DNA from: an uncultured delta proteobacterium
Lineage (GTDB): Bacteria > Desulfobacterota > Binatia > UBA9968
DNA: 64,000 nt
Reading direction: 5' to 3'
NCBI GenBank assembly: GCA_963737905.1
Contig: CAVTUQ010000010.1
Coordinates: 72,011-136,010, forward strand
Under the pieces are notes generated by a model, which worked only from the letters and a program-made list of their open reading frames with translations, was not told where the DNA came from and did no database searches. The translations under genes and the position numbers were made by a program. Shown here one piece after another: positions 1 to 10,096 of this stretch. Positions within the stretch are counted from its first letter, which is position 1; each line of letters starts with the position of its first letter.

Positions 1-1327
1 CGACGATCACGTTTTGTATGGTGTCCACGCTGACGTTGTCCGGACGGCGGGCGGCAAAAACGTAGGTTTGCGGGAAGATGCGGCGTTGGGTTTTGACAAA
101 GGCGCGAGCGATTCTACCGGAGGGGCCGGTGACGGCGCTTATGAGATTGGCGACGACGATACCGTTGGTGGTCAGTTTTTTCTGCGCCAGCTCGAAAAAC
201 TCCTGCGTGGCCAGGTGAAACGGCATCGCATCTGAGTAGTAGGCGTCGATCAGGATGATATCGTATTGATTTGGCGTACGGGTTAAAAAAAGCCGTCCGT
301 CCTGGGCGTAGAGCCGAAGATTTTTACCGTCCCGGACGTTAAAATGACTTTTTGCCAATTGGATGACTTCAGGATCAATTTCGACAACGTCGATCTCCAA
401 GGATGGAAATTCTTTCTGGAGCTTTTTCGGGATCGAGCCGCCGCCGAGCCCGATAATAAGGATCTTCTTCGCATCGGGTCTAAAGGCGAAGCCCAAGGAG
501 GTATAGCGGGAATAGATCAGGCGGAGCGCCGTTGGATCCTTCAAATTCATGGCGCTTTGCAGTGTCCGGTCGAAATACATATACCGGGCCTCGTCGTCTT
601 CCTCGATGCGAATGCGATGGTAGAACGTATCCTTCTCCAGCAATGTTTTCGTTCGCGCCCAAAGCGCCGGTGTCCAAGCCATCGTGATGGATCCAATAAT
701 GACCGATAACGTCGTCACCGCGCGGGCCAGCTCAATTCCCTTTATCTTTACCATTGGCACCACGACCAGTGAAAGGCAGACTAATATGATACCGAGAAAG
801 TGAATGATATTACTGACACCCATAAGCGGTATCAAGTAAAAAGCGGTCAAAAGGGTACCAAGGATACTGCCGCAGGTAGACACGGCATAGAGAGTTCCAG
901 CGGTGCTGCCAACAGTGGAAAGTTTAGTCGCTGCCAATCGTATGACGTAGGGCGAGATGGTTCCCAAGAAAACCCCCGGCAACAGGAAGTAGATGCTGCT
1001 CGCGATCAAAGGATTCAGCCGGGTACCGAAATCGATGCCGGCGATCCACTCATTAACATCTCGGTAGATGAAGGGAAGGCAAAAAATCAGAATACCCGGA
1101 ATCAATAGCAAAGTGAGAAGCCGGGAATAAGAAGGTTCGCGAGCTGAAAGCCACCCGCCCCAGTAATAACCGATGCTGAGAGCAGCCATCACTACAGAGA
1201 TCAGGCTCCCCCAAACAAAAATTGAGCTGCCGAAATAGGGAGCCAACACGCGGCTGCCGACGATCTCAAGACTCATCAAGACGGCCCCGCTTACGAACAC
1301 GACGACATTGAGCAGAAATTGCACCAT
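1..1327 (-). CDS. Fused MFS-like membrane domain / spermidine synthase-like SAM methyltransferase (3' end runs off the window)
   Basis: Not in the ORF track because there is no stop in the window. Manual translation from ATG 1327: MVQFLLNVVVFVSGAVLMSLEIVGSRVLAPYFGSSIFVWGSLIS...; C-terminal ILIIGLGGGS, DVVEIDPEV and YDIILIDAY motifs; frame consistent down to position 2. Confidence 0.9.
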   Translation of the reverse strand, partial: MVQFLLNVVVFVSGAVLMSLEIVGSRVLAPYFGSSIFVWGSLISVVMAALSIGYYWGGWLSAREPSYSRLLTLLLIPGILIFCLPFIYRDVNEWIAGIDFGTRLNPLIASSIYFLLPGVFLGTISPYVIRLAATKLSTVGSTAGTLYAVSTCGSILGTLLTAFYLIPLMGVSNIIHFLGIILVCLSLVVVPMVKIKGIELARAVTTLSVIIGSITMAWTPALWARTKTLLEKDTFYHRIRIEEDDEARYMYFDRTLQSAMNLKDPTALRLIYSRYTSLGFAFRPDAKKILIIGLGGGSIPKKLQKEFPSLEIDVVEIDPEVIQLAKSHFNVRDGKNLRLYAQDGRLFLTRTPNQYDIILIDAYYSDAMPFHLATQEFFELAQKKLTTNGIVVANLISAVTGPSGRIARAFVKTQRRIFPQTYVFAARRPDNVSVDTIQNVIV

Positions 1328-1329
1328 GG

Positions 1330-3330
1330 TTAAGGTTCCCAACTCCAATTTCTTTCCTCATCGACAACCGTGACCGGCTCGAGCAGGTCTTCTGAAATAC
1401 CCTCGATGAATTGAGAGGGACGAGACAGGACCATGCGTAGCCCGCGGTCGAAGATCTTGATCGGATAGCTGATGAAAAGATTTTCTTTGGCCCGCGTGGC
1501 CGCGACATACAAGAGCCGGCGCTCTTCTTCGAGTTCCTCGTCCGTGTTGATATTGTAGAAGGAGGGAAATCTTCCCTCCAAAGCCCAGATGATGAAGACG
1601 GAATGCCATTCCAGCCCCTTCGCCGAATGGACCGTCGAAAGGATGAGCGGGCCCTCGTCGGGATTCACAGCCAAGACGCCGGCGACACTATCGTTAGGGG
1701 GTTCGAGCGCCATGTCAGCCAATAGACGCTCCAGGCTGCGATAGCGGTCGGTGATTCCCTGAAAGTGCTCCAGGTCACGAAGCCGCTTCGGGTGATCATC
1801 CGGATGGGTTCGCTTGAGGATCGGCGCGTAATACTGCATGAGGTATTGGGTCTGCTCTGCGGGACGTTCCGCTTGCGCCGCGTATTGTAGGACCTGAGCC
1901 AGGGTTTTGAGCTCGTGGGCAATCCTCGCCTTGGCTTGAAAGGTGCGCAACCGTTCGATGGGTTGGCTTCCTTGCAGGAGCCAGCTCGTGATCTTCTGGC
2001 TCATTTGCGGTCCGACTCCTTCCAGGAGCAGCAAAACCCGGTTCCATGAAATCGTGTCCTGTGGATTGGCCAGGACGCGCAAATGGGCCAAGAGGTCCTT
2101 AATGTGGGTGGTCTCCATAAACTGAAAGCCGCCGCGCTTGATGAACGGAATATTGTGCCGCGCCAGCTCCAGTTCCAAGTCGAATGAATGGAAGCTCGAT
2201 CGAAACAAGACCGCGATGTCCCAGAGCGGCACGCCTTCCTCGCGCAGCTCCAAGATCTTCTGACAGACGAAACGGGACTGCATTTGTTCGCTCTCGGCCT
2301 GGACCAGAACGGGGGTCTCGCCTTCTTGTTTGTGGGTAAAGAGTCGCTTGTCATAGCGCTCCTTGGCCCGCTGGATGATATTATTGGTCAAATTCAAAAT
2401 GGGCTGCGTGCTGCGATAGTTTTCTTCAAGTTTGATGATGCGAGTTTCCGGAAACGCCTCGGGAAAATCCATGATGTTGCGGAAATCGGCGCCCCGAAAT
2501 GAGTAGATACTCTGCGCATCGTCGCCCACGACGGCCACGTTGTTGTGCGTGGCGGCCAACAAGCGGATAATCCGGGCTTGAAGATAATTGGTGTCCTGGT
2601 ATTCGTCGACCATGATGAACTGGTAAATCTGGGAAAGACGGCGGCGGATCTCTTCCTGATTACTAAGCAGACCCTTCAGCTTGGTTAAAAGGTCGTCGTA
2701 GTCGAGGAGTGCTTTGGTGGTTTTGTAATCGACGTAACGCTCATAGAGCCGCAGCAGCTCTTCCAGTGAATCATAGAGATGAGGGTACTCTCGCTCCAGC
2801 AAATCCGGCACGGTGATTTGTTTGTTGACGGCCATACTGAATATTTCCGCGACCGTCTGCTTGCGTGGAAACCGCCGGTCTTTGGAATTGAGGCCCATCT
2901 CGGTTCGCAGCAGCTGAATCGCGTCCTCGCTATCCGACCGGTCCATAATGGTAAAGGAAGGAGAGAGACCGTCCCGCCGGCCGAACTGGCGCAACACCAG
3001 GTTGGCGAACGAATGAAAAGTTCCTCCCGCGACTTGCGTGCAGCGGTTATCGATCAGCAGGCTAGCGCGCCGCAGCATCTCCTCGGCAGCCCGGCGAGTG
3101 AAGGTCAGCAGTAAAATGGAACGGGGATCAACACCGATATCGATAAGATGCGCAACGCGATAAACCAAGGTGCGGGTCTTGCCGGTGCCGGCGCCGGCGA
3201 TGATCAGCAACGGTCCCTCGACCGTCGTCGCCGCTTGGTACTGAGCGTGGTTGAGCTCTTTACGATAATCGAGGCTTGAGGGACGATGTGGGGAGAGAGT
3301 TGTATTTTTGAGAATGTACTGTTTCGTCAA
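1330..3330 (-). CDS. UvrD/Rep/PcrA-family ATP-dependent DNA helicase (SF1)
   Basis: AGAGTGKT Walker A, VDEYQD Walker B, VGDDAQSIYSFRGA, LEENYRS, STVHSAKGLEW, EERRLLYVAATRA. Confidence 0.95.
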   Translation of the reverse strand: MTKQYILKNTTLSPHRPSSLDYRKELNHAQYQAATTVEGPLLIIAGAGTGKTRTLVYRVAHLIDIGVDPRSILLLTFTRRAAEEMLRRASLLIDNRCTQVAGGTFHSFANLVLRQFGRRDGLSPSFTIMDRSDSEDAIQLLRTEMGLNSKDRRFPRKQTVAEIFSMAVNKQITVPDLLEREYPHLYDSLEELLRLYERYVDYKTTKALLDYDDLLTKLKGLLSNQEEIRRRLSQIYQFIMVDEYQDTNYLQARIIRLLAATHNNVAVVGDDAQSIYSFRGADFRNIMDFPEAFPETRIIKLEENYRSTQPILNLTNNIIQRAKERYDKRLFTHKQEGETPVLVQAESEQMQSRFVCQKILELREEGVPLWDIAVLFRSSFHSFDLELELARHNIPFIKRGGFQFMETTHIKDLLAHLRVLANPQDTISWNRVLLLLEGVGPQMSQKITSWLLQGSQPIERLRTFQAKARIAHELKTLAQVLQYAAQAERPAEQTQYLMQYYAPILKRTHPDDHPKRLRDLEHFQGITDRYRSLERLLADMALEPPNDSVAGVLAVNPDEGPLILSTVHSAKGLEWHSVFIIWALEGRFPSFYNINTDEELEEERRLLYVAATRAKENLFISYPIKIFDRGLRMVLSRPSQFIEGISEDLLEPVTVVDEERNWSWEP

Positions 3331-3501
3331 TGGGGCTCCAGTTGCAGGTTAAATTACCTATTTTCCCGGAATCCGGCAAGGGATGAGCGGCGACTATTAA
3401 ATATGGAGGGTGACCGAAGAGGGACGAGGGTGCACCGAATTATAAGAGGCCAGGATGTTTCGTGTTGTTAGCCGTGTAATCTATGATAGCCTTGTAGCAT
3501 C

Positions 3502-4183
3502 GTGAAATCGGTACCGAAGCGCCGCTCGCCGGCACACTTCTGGTGGTGGACTTGCAGCTTGATGGTCGTGCTGGCTCTGGTCAAATCCCATCCGGCCAAT
3601 GGCCAGATGAAGGTCCAAGAGTATTACGACCGGGACTACGGCTATGTGTTTCAATATCCCATGCAGTTGGAAGCTCCAGCGGTTGCCAGAGGGCGATGCC
3701 AACAAGGACATTCGGCTCTTGCTTCAGGGACCAGAGGGAAGCGACTTCATGGTGGTCGTCGATAAAACAAAAACAACCCTTGAGAAAACCGACTTCGAAA
3801 ACGGTTCCGAGCGAGCACAGCGCGTCGACGCGCTGATGCAACAAACGATTGCCCAGATTTACCAATCGATCTCAGAGGACATCAAAGCGGTGAGCATGAA
3901 GGTCGGCGAGCGCCGTGACCTCTCTAATGAATTCGGGATCAAATTTTATATTGCGACCCTCAATGAGATGAAAAACGGGAAACCGATTATTGTGGCCGGA
4001 ATTCATGCTTTCCCCTTCAACAAGGATTACTCCGTTAACTTCACCATGACCACGTTTTACGACCCGGCGGCGACCCAGGAGAACCAAACACTGACAGATG
4101 TCTTTAACTCATTCCGATTGATCGGAGAGCCTCCAACGGGCAACAGCGAGGTAAAGCCTCCCGCAGATAAAGAACCCCGCTAA
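3502..4183 (+). CDS. Exported hypothetical protein, PsbP-like, split by a 1-nt frameshift near 3660
   Basis: ORF 3502-3765 (signal peptide then YDRDYGYVFQYP) joins ORF 3644-4183 (CSWKLQ...) if one C is removed from TATCCCATGC; YGYxFxYPxxW is typical of PsbP-like starts. Confidence 0.6.
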
Positions 4184-4202
4184 TTAATAACGGTTCGTCT
4201 CT

Positions 4203-4865
4203 TCAGTTCGACGGCACGGCCGACGGCCTCTGCGCTGTCGGGTTGGGCACAAAAATCAGGAAAGATTGCCGGTCAAGAAAGTTGAACTCGTTTTGCAATC
4301 TGTAGCCCGCTTGCTCCATCTCTCTTTTGATAAATTCGCTAGGCGTGTAGTGCTTCCACAAGCCGTCCAGCCATCCCCTGCGATCGAATTCGACAATGGC
4401 GATCCGGCCGTTTGGGCGGAGATATTTCCGTAGGTTGGTAAGATAGCTTACGCGGTTATCGATATGATGATAGGTATTACTGGTAAAGATGAGATCGACC
4501 CCAGGGGAGGGCAGCAAGGGATCGTCTGGTTTAGCGAGAATCACTTCAATGTTTCCAACCCCATCCTTCCTTGCCCGTTGTGCGACCAAATCGTTCATCT
4601 CTTCGTCGACATCAACGGCGTAGACTTTGCCCTGGGGACCGACGGCCTTGGCAAGTGAAAAGACAAAATAACCACCGCCGGATCCGATGTCGGCAACCCG
4701 GTCTCCCGGACGGATCCGAAGTGATTCGATGACCCGGTCCCGCTGCTGCCATTGATCCCGGCTGAAGCCTTCGTAGGCGCACTGCTTCAGCCGCGCGCAG
4801 CCGACAATGAGAAAAAGGATCAGCAGCTGAACTTTGATTAGCTTCGTGGCGCGCGGGAGCGTCAT
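4203..4865 (-). CDS. Class I SAM-dependent methyltransferase with lipoprotein-like signal
   Basis: VADIGSGGG, VYAVDVD and YHHI motifs; IVGC lipobox. Confidence 0.88.
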   Translation of the reverse strand: MTLPRATKLIKVQLLILFLIVGCARLKQCAYEGFSRDQWQQRDRVIESLRIRPGDRVADIGSGGGYFVFSLAKAVGPQGKVYAVDVDEEMNDLVAQRARKDGVGNIEVILAKPDDPLLPSPGVDLIFTSNTYHHIDNRVSYLTNLRKYLRPNGRIAIVEFDRRGWLDGLWKHYTPSEFIKREMEQAGYRLQNEFNFLDRQSFLIFVPNPTAQRPSAVPSN

Positions 4866-4886
4866 TAGAAGAGTCGCCGGGGTAAG

Positions 4887-5276
4887 TTAGTGCTGTGATT
4901 CAGTTTTCCGGGCGAGGTTTTCGAGAGCTTTTTTGACTTTTTGGCGCAGTTCCACAACGTCGAAGGGTTTGCCGATGAAATCGAATGCGCCGAAATCCAT
5001 AGCCTTGGCGGCCAATTGCTGGGAATTCACTCCGGTGAGCATGATGACTTCGCAGCTAGGGTGAATCGTTTTGATCTGTCTCAGGATCTCGATGCCGTCG
5101 GTTTTCGGCATGAGAATATCGAGCAATACCACCTGGGGTCTTTCCTCTCGGACTTTACTGATTGCCGCATCCACCGACGCCGCTTCCAGCAAGCGATATT
5201 CTTTGCAAAAAACCATTTTGAGGGATTCGCGGACCCCCACTTCATCGTCGACTGCCAGTAACAGCGGTGAACTCAT
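4887..5276 (-). CDS. Single-domain response regulator (REC)
   Basis: AVDDE, LLDILMPKTDG, MLTG, KPFD; likely start MSSPLL at 5276. Confidence 0.9.
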   Translation of the reverse strand: MSSPLLLAVDDEVGVRESLKMVFCKEYRLLEAASVDAAISKVREERPQVVLLDILMPKTDGIEILRQIKTIHPSCEVIMLTGVNSQQLAAKAMDFGAFDFIGKPFDVVELRQKVKKALENLARKTESQH

Positions 5277-5541
5277 GGAATCTAAGCAGCTTAAGCTAGC
5301 TGAGACTGATTGCAATTGGTTGCTTAAGTTAATGTGTCACTAAGTCGGCGACCTCGCAAGGGGAAAATTCGCTATGCGAAATAATTACCTAAAGCACATT
5401 GTTTGGGAAGGAGGTGATCGACTTCCGTGGAATGCAGAATCGTGCACCCGGCCCGAGGATTTTCCGTTTGGAAGATCCACCGAGGCAATATCAAAGCAGG
5501 TTTGCGACTACGAGCGTTAAATCTTTAGAACCCCTCGTTTG

Positions 5542-6726
5542 TTATCGCCGGACAGCCAGTTCTGCACAGCGCGGAGAGTCAGCCGCATGACGCGAGCAGT
5601 CTCGGGCGATATCCTCGATGGGTTTATCAAAAAAGGTCCGTAAGTACTGAATGCTCACTGCAAAGCAATGTTCGCGATCGGCACTGTTGGCGAACGCGGC
5701 GCAAAAAGGCATGGCATAGCGGCCGTCCCAGGTATTGTCCACCAGCGCATAGACCACCCCCTCCATGCAGGCAAAACGATTGTTGTCATGGACCCGCTCG
5801 CAGGCTTGAGCGACGGGTCGGGGTTGCCCGGTGCGCGCTTCGTTGGAAAGATCGCGTCCGATGGAAACTGTGCAAGCCACTCGATAAGCTCCGGCTTTTG
5901 CGCACTCTTGAAGCATTTGTTCCGTAGAAAGCCCCATTTCCATCATCCTCGAGGTTTGCATCATGTAACATTCCTGCCGATACTGGTCGGGCAGCTGGTT
6001 GCAGGGAGCGTGGTAATCCGTAGGACTGAAGTTCTTTTTTTCATTCGTTGCGTTGGAGACATTTTCCATGAATACGCCACCGTAACAAGAACTCCGGCTC
6101 CAGTCGTCGTCGAGCGCATCGCAAATATCCAGTGATGATTCCAGCTGATAAGCGGAAAAAAACAGGATCGCATGACCGAGTCCGTGCAGGCACTGATAGC
6201 GCAATCTTAAGGGCGTGTTGGAATCACAGGCGGCGGTCGCTTTTTGTTTCAGCTCTGCTTGGCTGGGGTGCTTATAGGTTTCCGAATAGATGTCGTCGCC
6301 GCGGAGAAAGCGTTCCACCGAACCATGATAGCAACCAGAGTGGCAGGTCTGGTCGCAGGCGGAAAAAGAGTCGTGAATATTGCCCTTGAGCCGAAACGTC
6401 TCCCGACCGATGGCATGGACGACGGGATGACAGTCGCGCCGCAACTCAGGGTCCTCCGCTTCAAAACGCTGAATCAATTGGAGCACCTCGGCGGTTGTGT
6501 GGTTCTCGAAGGCCTCGCGAAAAAGATGATCAAGGCATTCCGTACTGCGAGATTTTTTGAGGCAATCCTTCATGGCTTCCAAAGACGGCAGACCGGCATC
6601 TGTTTTATTTGCGGGACGTTGATCGGTCTCCTGAGCCTGGATCACAAACGGAGCCAAGCATACGATTAGGCCAAACAAAAAAAATAAACTCTTATCAATG
6701 AATATGGCGGAACGAAAATTACCCAC
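5542..6726 (-). CDS. Secreted Cys/His-rich helical-repeat hypothetical protein
   Basis: Signal peptide; motifs CHPVVHAIG, CDQTCHSGCYHG, CLHGLGH, CYGGVFMEN; 20 Cys in the mature region. Confidence 0.8.
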   Translation of the reverse strand: MGNFRSAIFIDKSLFFLFGLIVCLAPFVIQAQETDQRPANKTDAGLPSLEAMKDCLKKSRSTECLDHLFREAFENHTTAEVLQLIQRFEAEDPELRRDCHPVVHAIGRETFRLKGNIHDSFSACDQTCHSGCYHGSVERFLRGDDIYSETYKHPSQAELKQKATAACDSNTPLRLRYQCLHGLGHAILFFSAYQLESSLDICDALDDDWSRSSCYGGVFMENVSNATNEKKNFSPTDYHAPCNQLPDQYRQECYMMQTSRMMEMGLSTEQMLQECAKAGAYRVACTVSIGRDLSNEARTGQPRPVAQACERVHDNNRFACMEGVVYALVDNTWDGRYAMPFCAAFANSADREHCFAVSIQYLRTFFDKPIEDIARDCSRHAADSPRCAELAVRR

Positions 6727-6944
6727 CAGGCATCCTCCCAGTTATTGCGGAGCATTCTAGCGAAAAGTGGCTCGAGGCGCAATTATTTGATAGGCTCGCG
6801 GCGCGAAAATGGTATCATGAATGGAGACTCGTCATTCCGTCAACCATTGAGCCGGAGGAATTACCGTCACCAGATTGTGTTTGCGAGCGTTTTCTGAATT
6901 AATTGTCAGAGTTTTTCATCGTCTAAAGAGAGCCGAGAGTCGGG

Positions 6945-7799
6945 ATGAAAAAGAGATTTTTGTCTTTTGCTTGGATTGGCGTCATTTTTTTAGTGGGGTC
7001 CGCCGTGCCCGCCGGTCAACCGATAGTCAACTCACCCACGCCGGAGAAAGTACCCGTCTATCAGCCAAAGCACTACCCCTTCGACGGAGGCGAGAGGGCC
7101 GTTTACAGGGCGAGCTGGAACGGTATTCCCGTGGCCACCGCAGAGATCTCTACGACTTCTCAGATAATCGATGGCAAGAAATTCTACAGCGTTCGTGTCG
7201 AGGCCAAGACATCGGCAATACTCGACTTAATTTGGAAAATGCGCGATACGATCACTTCAACCATCGAGGCCAAGGCGCTAGCACCGACCCGGTTTACCTT
7301 TAGTCAAAGGGAGAACCGAAAGGTCATCGATACTGAAGCCAAGTTCGATCCCAGGACGAAAAAATGGTCGGTTCATCGTGACGAACGACGCAAGATAAAG
7401 AAATACGAATTCGATCAGCCGCCCAATACCATCGACCCGATCACCGCCGTTTACCTGGCGCGGAGTCAGGATTTGAGGGTTGGCGATCACCTTTACTTCA
7501 ATATCTTCGGGGGAAAGTATCGTTATTTGCTGGATTTGGAAGTCGAGCGGCGAGAGAAAATCCAGATCGCGTCCGGTAGGATCGATGCCTTCAAGATTGT
7601 TCCGCGGATCCAAAACCTTATGAAGCACGGTTACGCGCAAAGAATGAATGACGCTTCGGTTTGGATCTCCGCGGATGAGAGACGCATTCCCGTCATGCTC
7701 AGCAGTAAGATTTTCGTCGGAAACGTCTACATGGAAAGGATCGAAGACGAGATTGGGAACCAAGCGGCGGAAGTTCGGCATCCCGATCATTCAAGCTAG
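6945..7799 (+). CDS. DUF3108 domain exported beta-rich protein
   Basis: Signal peptide; GERAVYRASWNGIPVATA, DPITAVYLAR, VWISADERRIPV. Confidence 0.8.
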   Translation: MKKRFLSFAWIGVIFLVGSAVPAGQPIVNSPTPEKVPVYQPKHYPFDGGERAVYRASWNGIPVATAEISTTSQIIDGKKFYSVRVEAKTSAILDLIWKMRDTITSTIEAKALAPTRFTFSQRENRKVIDTEAKFDPRTKKWSVHRDERRKIKKYEFDQPPNTIDPITAVYLARSQDLRVGDHLYFNIFGGKYRYLLDLEVERREKIQIASGRIDAFKIVPRIQNLMKHGYAQRMNDASVWISADERRIPVMLSSKIFVGNVYMERIEDEIGNQAAEVRHPDHSS

Positions 7800-8072
7800 C
7801 CATCCGGATGCAAGGTATTTCAATCGTTAGATTTATAGGGACAGAAGGCAATGTCCGTTAGCGAAACTCGATCGATCCTTCTCTTGCTCTTGCCCGCCCG
7901 GTCCTCTTCGATTGTTTCCTGGCGGTTTCCGCCGCGGCCCGGCTAAACGCCAAAAAAAGCTGACGGAATAGTTTGTCGTCCGAGACCTGAACACTGACAT
8001 CTGGTTTCTGTGCCGGTGTCAGTAAACGAAGCTCCTGCCCGGTCGTCTAACGGGCAAAGGAGGATGTTCACG

Positions 8073-8438
8073 ATGAACATCAAATCCGGGGCGACCAAAC
8101 AGGCAATCGGCATGATCGCTGGTGCGGCCCTGATCGGGACGCTAGTTGCGGGATGTGCCGGCGGGCCTATTACGACGCGGGAAAAGGGGGCGGGTATCGG
8201 GGCTCTCGGCGGCGCGGCAGTTGGCGGGCTGATCGGCTCCGCTGTCCGGCATCCCGCTTTAGGCGCAGCCATCGGAGGGGGTCTTGGTTTGGGCGCAGGT
8301 GCTTTAATCGGCGATCAATTGCAAGGGCGTGAAAACCAAGCTTGGGAGCAAGATCAACAAATCTACAGGAATCAGCAAGACATTTCGCGGCAGCGCCAAG
8401 AATTGGAAGATCTCCGGCGCCGGGGACCGGAATATTAG
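8073..8438 (+). CDS. Glycine-zipper lipoprotein with C-terminal coiled coil
   Basis: RBS AAGGAGG at 8057-8063; LVAGC lipobox; GAGIGALGGAAVGGLIG zipper. Confidence 0.85.
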   Translation: MNIKSGATKQAIGMIAGAALIGTLVAGCAGGPITTREKGAGIGALGGAAVGGLIGSAVRHPALGAAIGGGLGLGAGALIGDQLQGRENQAWEQDQQIYRNQQDISRQRQELEDLRRRGPEY

Positions 8439-8444
8439 GTTTTT

Positions 8445-8603
8445 AGGGACTTCAGGCATTTCTGTGAAGTAGGACTCGGAAATTGTACCGCGAAGGCGCG
8501 GAGGACGCGGAGTAAAGAGTTCTTGAGTAAGAAATGCTCCGATCTCTGCGAACTCGGCGCCTCTGTGGTGAAACTTCTTCACAGAAAACCCGGGAATAAC
8601 CGT
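8445..8603. repeat. MITE/REP-like intergenic element with terminal inverted repeats and internal 9-mer repeats
   Basis: TTTCTGTGAAG (8459-8469) / CTTCACAGAAA (8577-8587); internal CGCGAAGGC-GCGGAGGAC-GCGGAG mirrored by CTCTGCGAA-CTCGGCGCC-TCTGTG. Confidence 0.6.
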
Positions 8604-8620
8604 TTTTTAAAGAGACGCCT

Positions 8621-8743
8621 ATGTGGGCTGCGATACGCAAAAACTGGGACTACCTGGCTCTCACGTTTCTACTCGGAGTGTACCTGACGGGCGCGGTTGC
8701 TGTGGCCATTATCTTGATACTGACGCTGTCTCAGACGTTTTGA
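8621..8743 (+). CDS. Small single-TM membrane protein (40 aa)
   Basis: MWAAIRKNWDYLALTFLLGVYLTGAVAVAIILILTLSQTF*; below the ORF-track cutoff; weak AGAG RBS. Confidence 0.55.
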   Translation: MWAAIRKNWDYLALTFLLGVYLTGAVAVAIILILTLSQTF

Positions 8744-8772
8744 CCGGCCATTCAATTCTCTAACAACTATCA

Positions 8773-9387
8773 TTACTCGCTGGATTCATGATTCGGGGAC
8801 TTGGCTGCATGTTCAACGAGTTGCTCAAGCTCCTCATAGGGCTGCGCTCCGACCATGAGATAGCGCCCCGCGAGGAAAGTCGGCACGGCGTTCACACCGA
8901 CGGCGGCGCAGCGGCGCCAGTCATTATCAACGGCCTCTTTGAAGCTGCGACCTATGAGAACGTCGGTTGCTTCGTCGGCCGGAAGGCTGACTTCCTTGGC
9001 AATCTCCACGAGGGGCTCTACTTGCCCGATATTTTTTACATCGACAAAATAGGCTCGGAAGAGCGCCGAGTGTATCTCGTCCCCTTTCCCTTTGCTTTCG
9101 GCCCATTTTGAAAGTTCCTGCGCCAGCCGGCTGTTGTAGGACATGTTGCGCTCGGTGTTATACGGGAGCCCCTCGCGGTCCATGTTCACTTTCATGCGCT
9201 GATTTCTTGCGACGATTTCGGGTCCCCTCATGCTCCCCTCCACCGGAGTCTCAGGATGAAGCGGGAATTGCGTGAACTTGGTCGTCAGATCGTAATTCGC
9301 TTTGAGTTTCTCGACACGCCCGGTGACGAGATAGCACCATGGTCAAACAAAGTCTGAAAAGATTTCGAGAACGAGTGGCTCGGACAT
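8773..9387 (-). CDS. DsbA/FrnE-family thiol-disulfide oxidoreductase, selenoprotein (UGA = Sec at codon 15)
   Basis: RBS GGAGGG, ATG 9387: MSEPLVLEIFSDFV-UGA-PWCYLVTGRVEK...FPLHPETP, in frame with ORF 8773-9243 (GVNAVPTF, VGAQPYEEL); UPWC corresponds to the CPWC active site. Confidence 0.9.
9309..9331 (-). promoter_or_regulatory. Bacterial SECIS-like hairpin
   Basis: Starts 11 nt after the UGA: UCUCG-U-CAC [CGGGC] GUG-U-CGAGA, with G in the apical loop. Confidence 0.7.
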
Positions 9388-9460
9388 AATCCCTCCGTTT
9401 TCAGCTGTGTTTCTCGGATAATCAGGATTCTACTGTTCCTGGTTGGCCGAAGTCAAAGGG

Positions 9461-10018
9461 CTATCGTTGTTTTGTGAGCTCAAGCTGAGGCGAAGTCGGA
9501 TAGAAGATCTTTGTCCCCTTTGGCGTTGCGAATGGCGGCAAGTGATGCTCGTGACAGCCATCGTCCAGAATATGACGTACAGAAAAGCCGCGAACTAGAA
9601 ACGCATCGGCCAGAAGCTGCCGATGGCAGCGCCACGGCACGGCCTCGGCGCACATGATGGCGATCCGTTTGCTCGCCACGAGCTGTTCCATTTCTTGCAT
9701 AATTTTTTCGAATCCAGGCGTGAGCATAAAATCCGCGTAGGCGCGAAATGCGCCTACTTTCCAAGCCGTGTTCTGAGAATCACTAGATGGCTGTCGGAAC
9801 CCGCCGAGATCTTCCCGCCAGAGGTAATCGAGGTTCTCGTTGCGCAAATATTCGACCAACGCCTCTTGGCGAAAATGCGGATAACGGCGCGAGGAGGGCC
9901 AGCGGCGCACATCGACGAGCAGTTCAATGCCATGAGCCTTCAGAAGCGCTGTGAAATTCTCAATGGTTCTTGTGGAATGGCCGATGGTATGAACGGTGCT
10001 TGGCAAGTTGGAATTCAT
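9461..10018 (-). CDS. DUF488 family protein
   Basis: TIGHSTR, LVDVRRWPSSRRYPHF, LGGFR, MCAEAVPWRCHRQLLAD. Confidence 0.92.
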   Translation of the reverse strand: MNSNLPSTVHTIGHSTRTIENFTALLKAHGIELLVDVRRWPSSRRYPHFRQEALVEYLRNENLDYLWREDLGGFRQPSSDSQNTAWKVGAFRAYADFMLTPGFEKIMQEMEQLVASKRIAIMCAEAVPWRCHRQLLADAFLVRGFSVRHILDDGCHEHHLPPFATPKGTKIFYPTSPQLELTKQR

Positions 10019-10096
10019 AGGATTTATCTTTGGCCTCATTACCAAAATAGCCGAATCCTAGCTGATCGCAACGGAAGGGGATGCTATGATCGCGCC

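Noticed and set aside
14-1108. Plus-strand ORFs here, and most short nested ORFs across the window
   Set aside because: Antisense or alternate-frame shadows of real genes, common in GC-rich DNA
1330-3330. Helicase as part of a defence system (Gabija-like)
   Set aside because: No OLD/TOPRIM nuclease partner; housekeeping context
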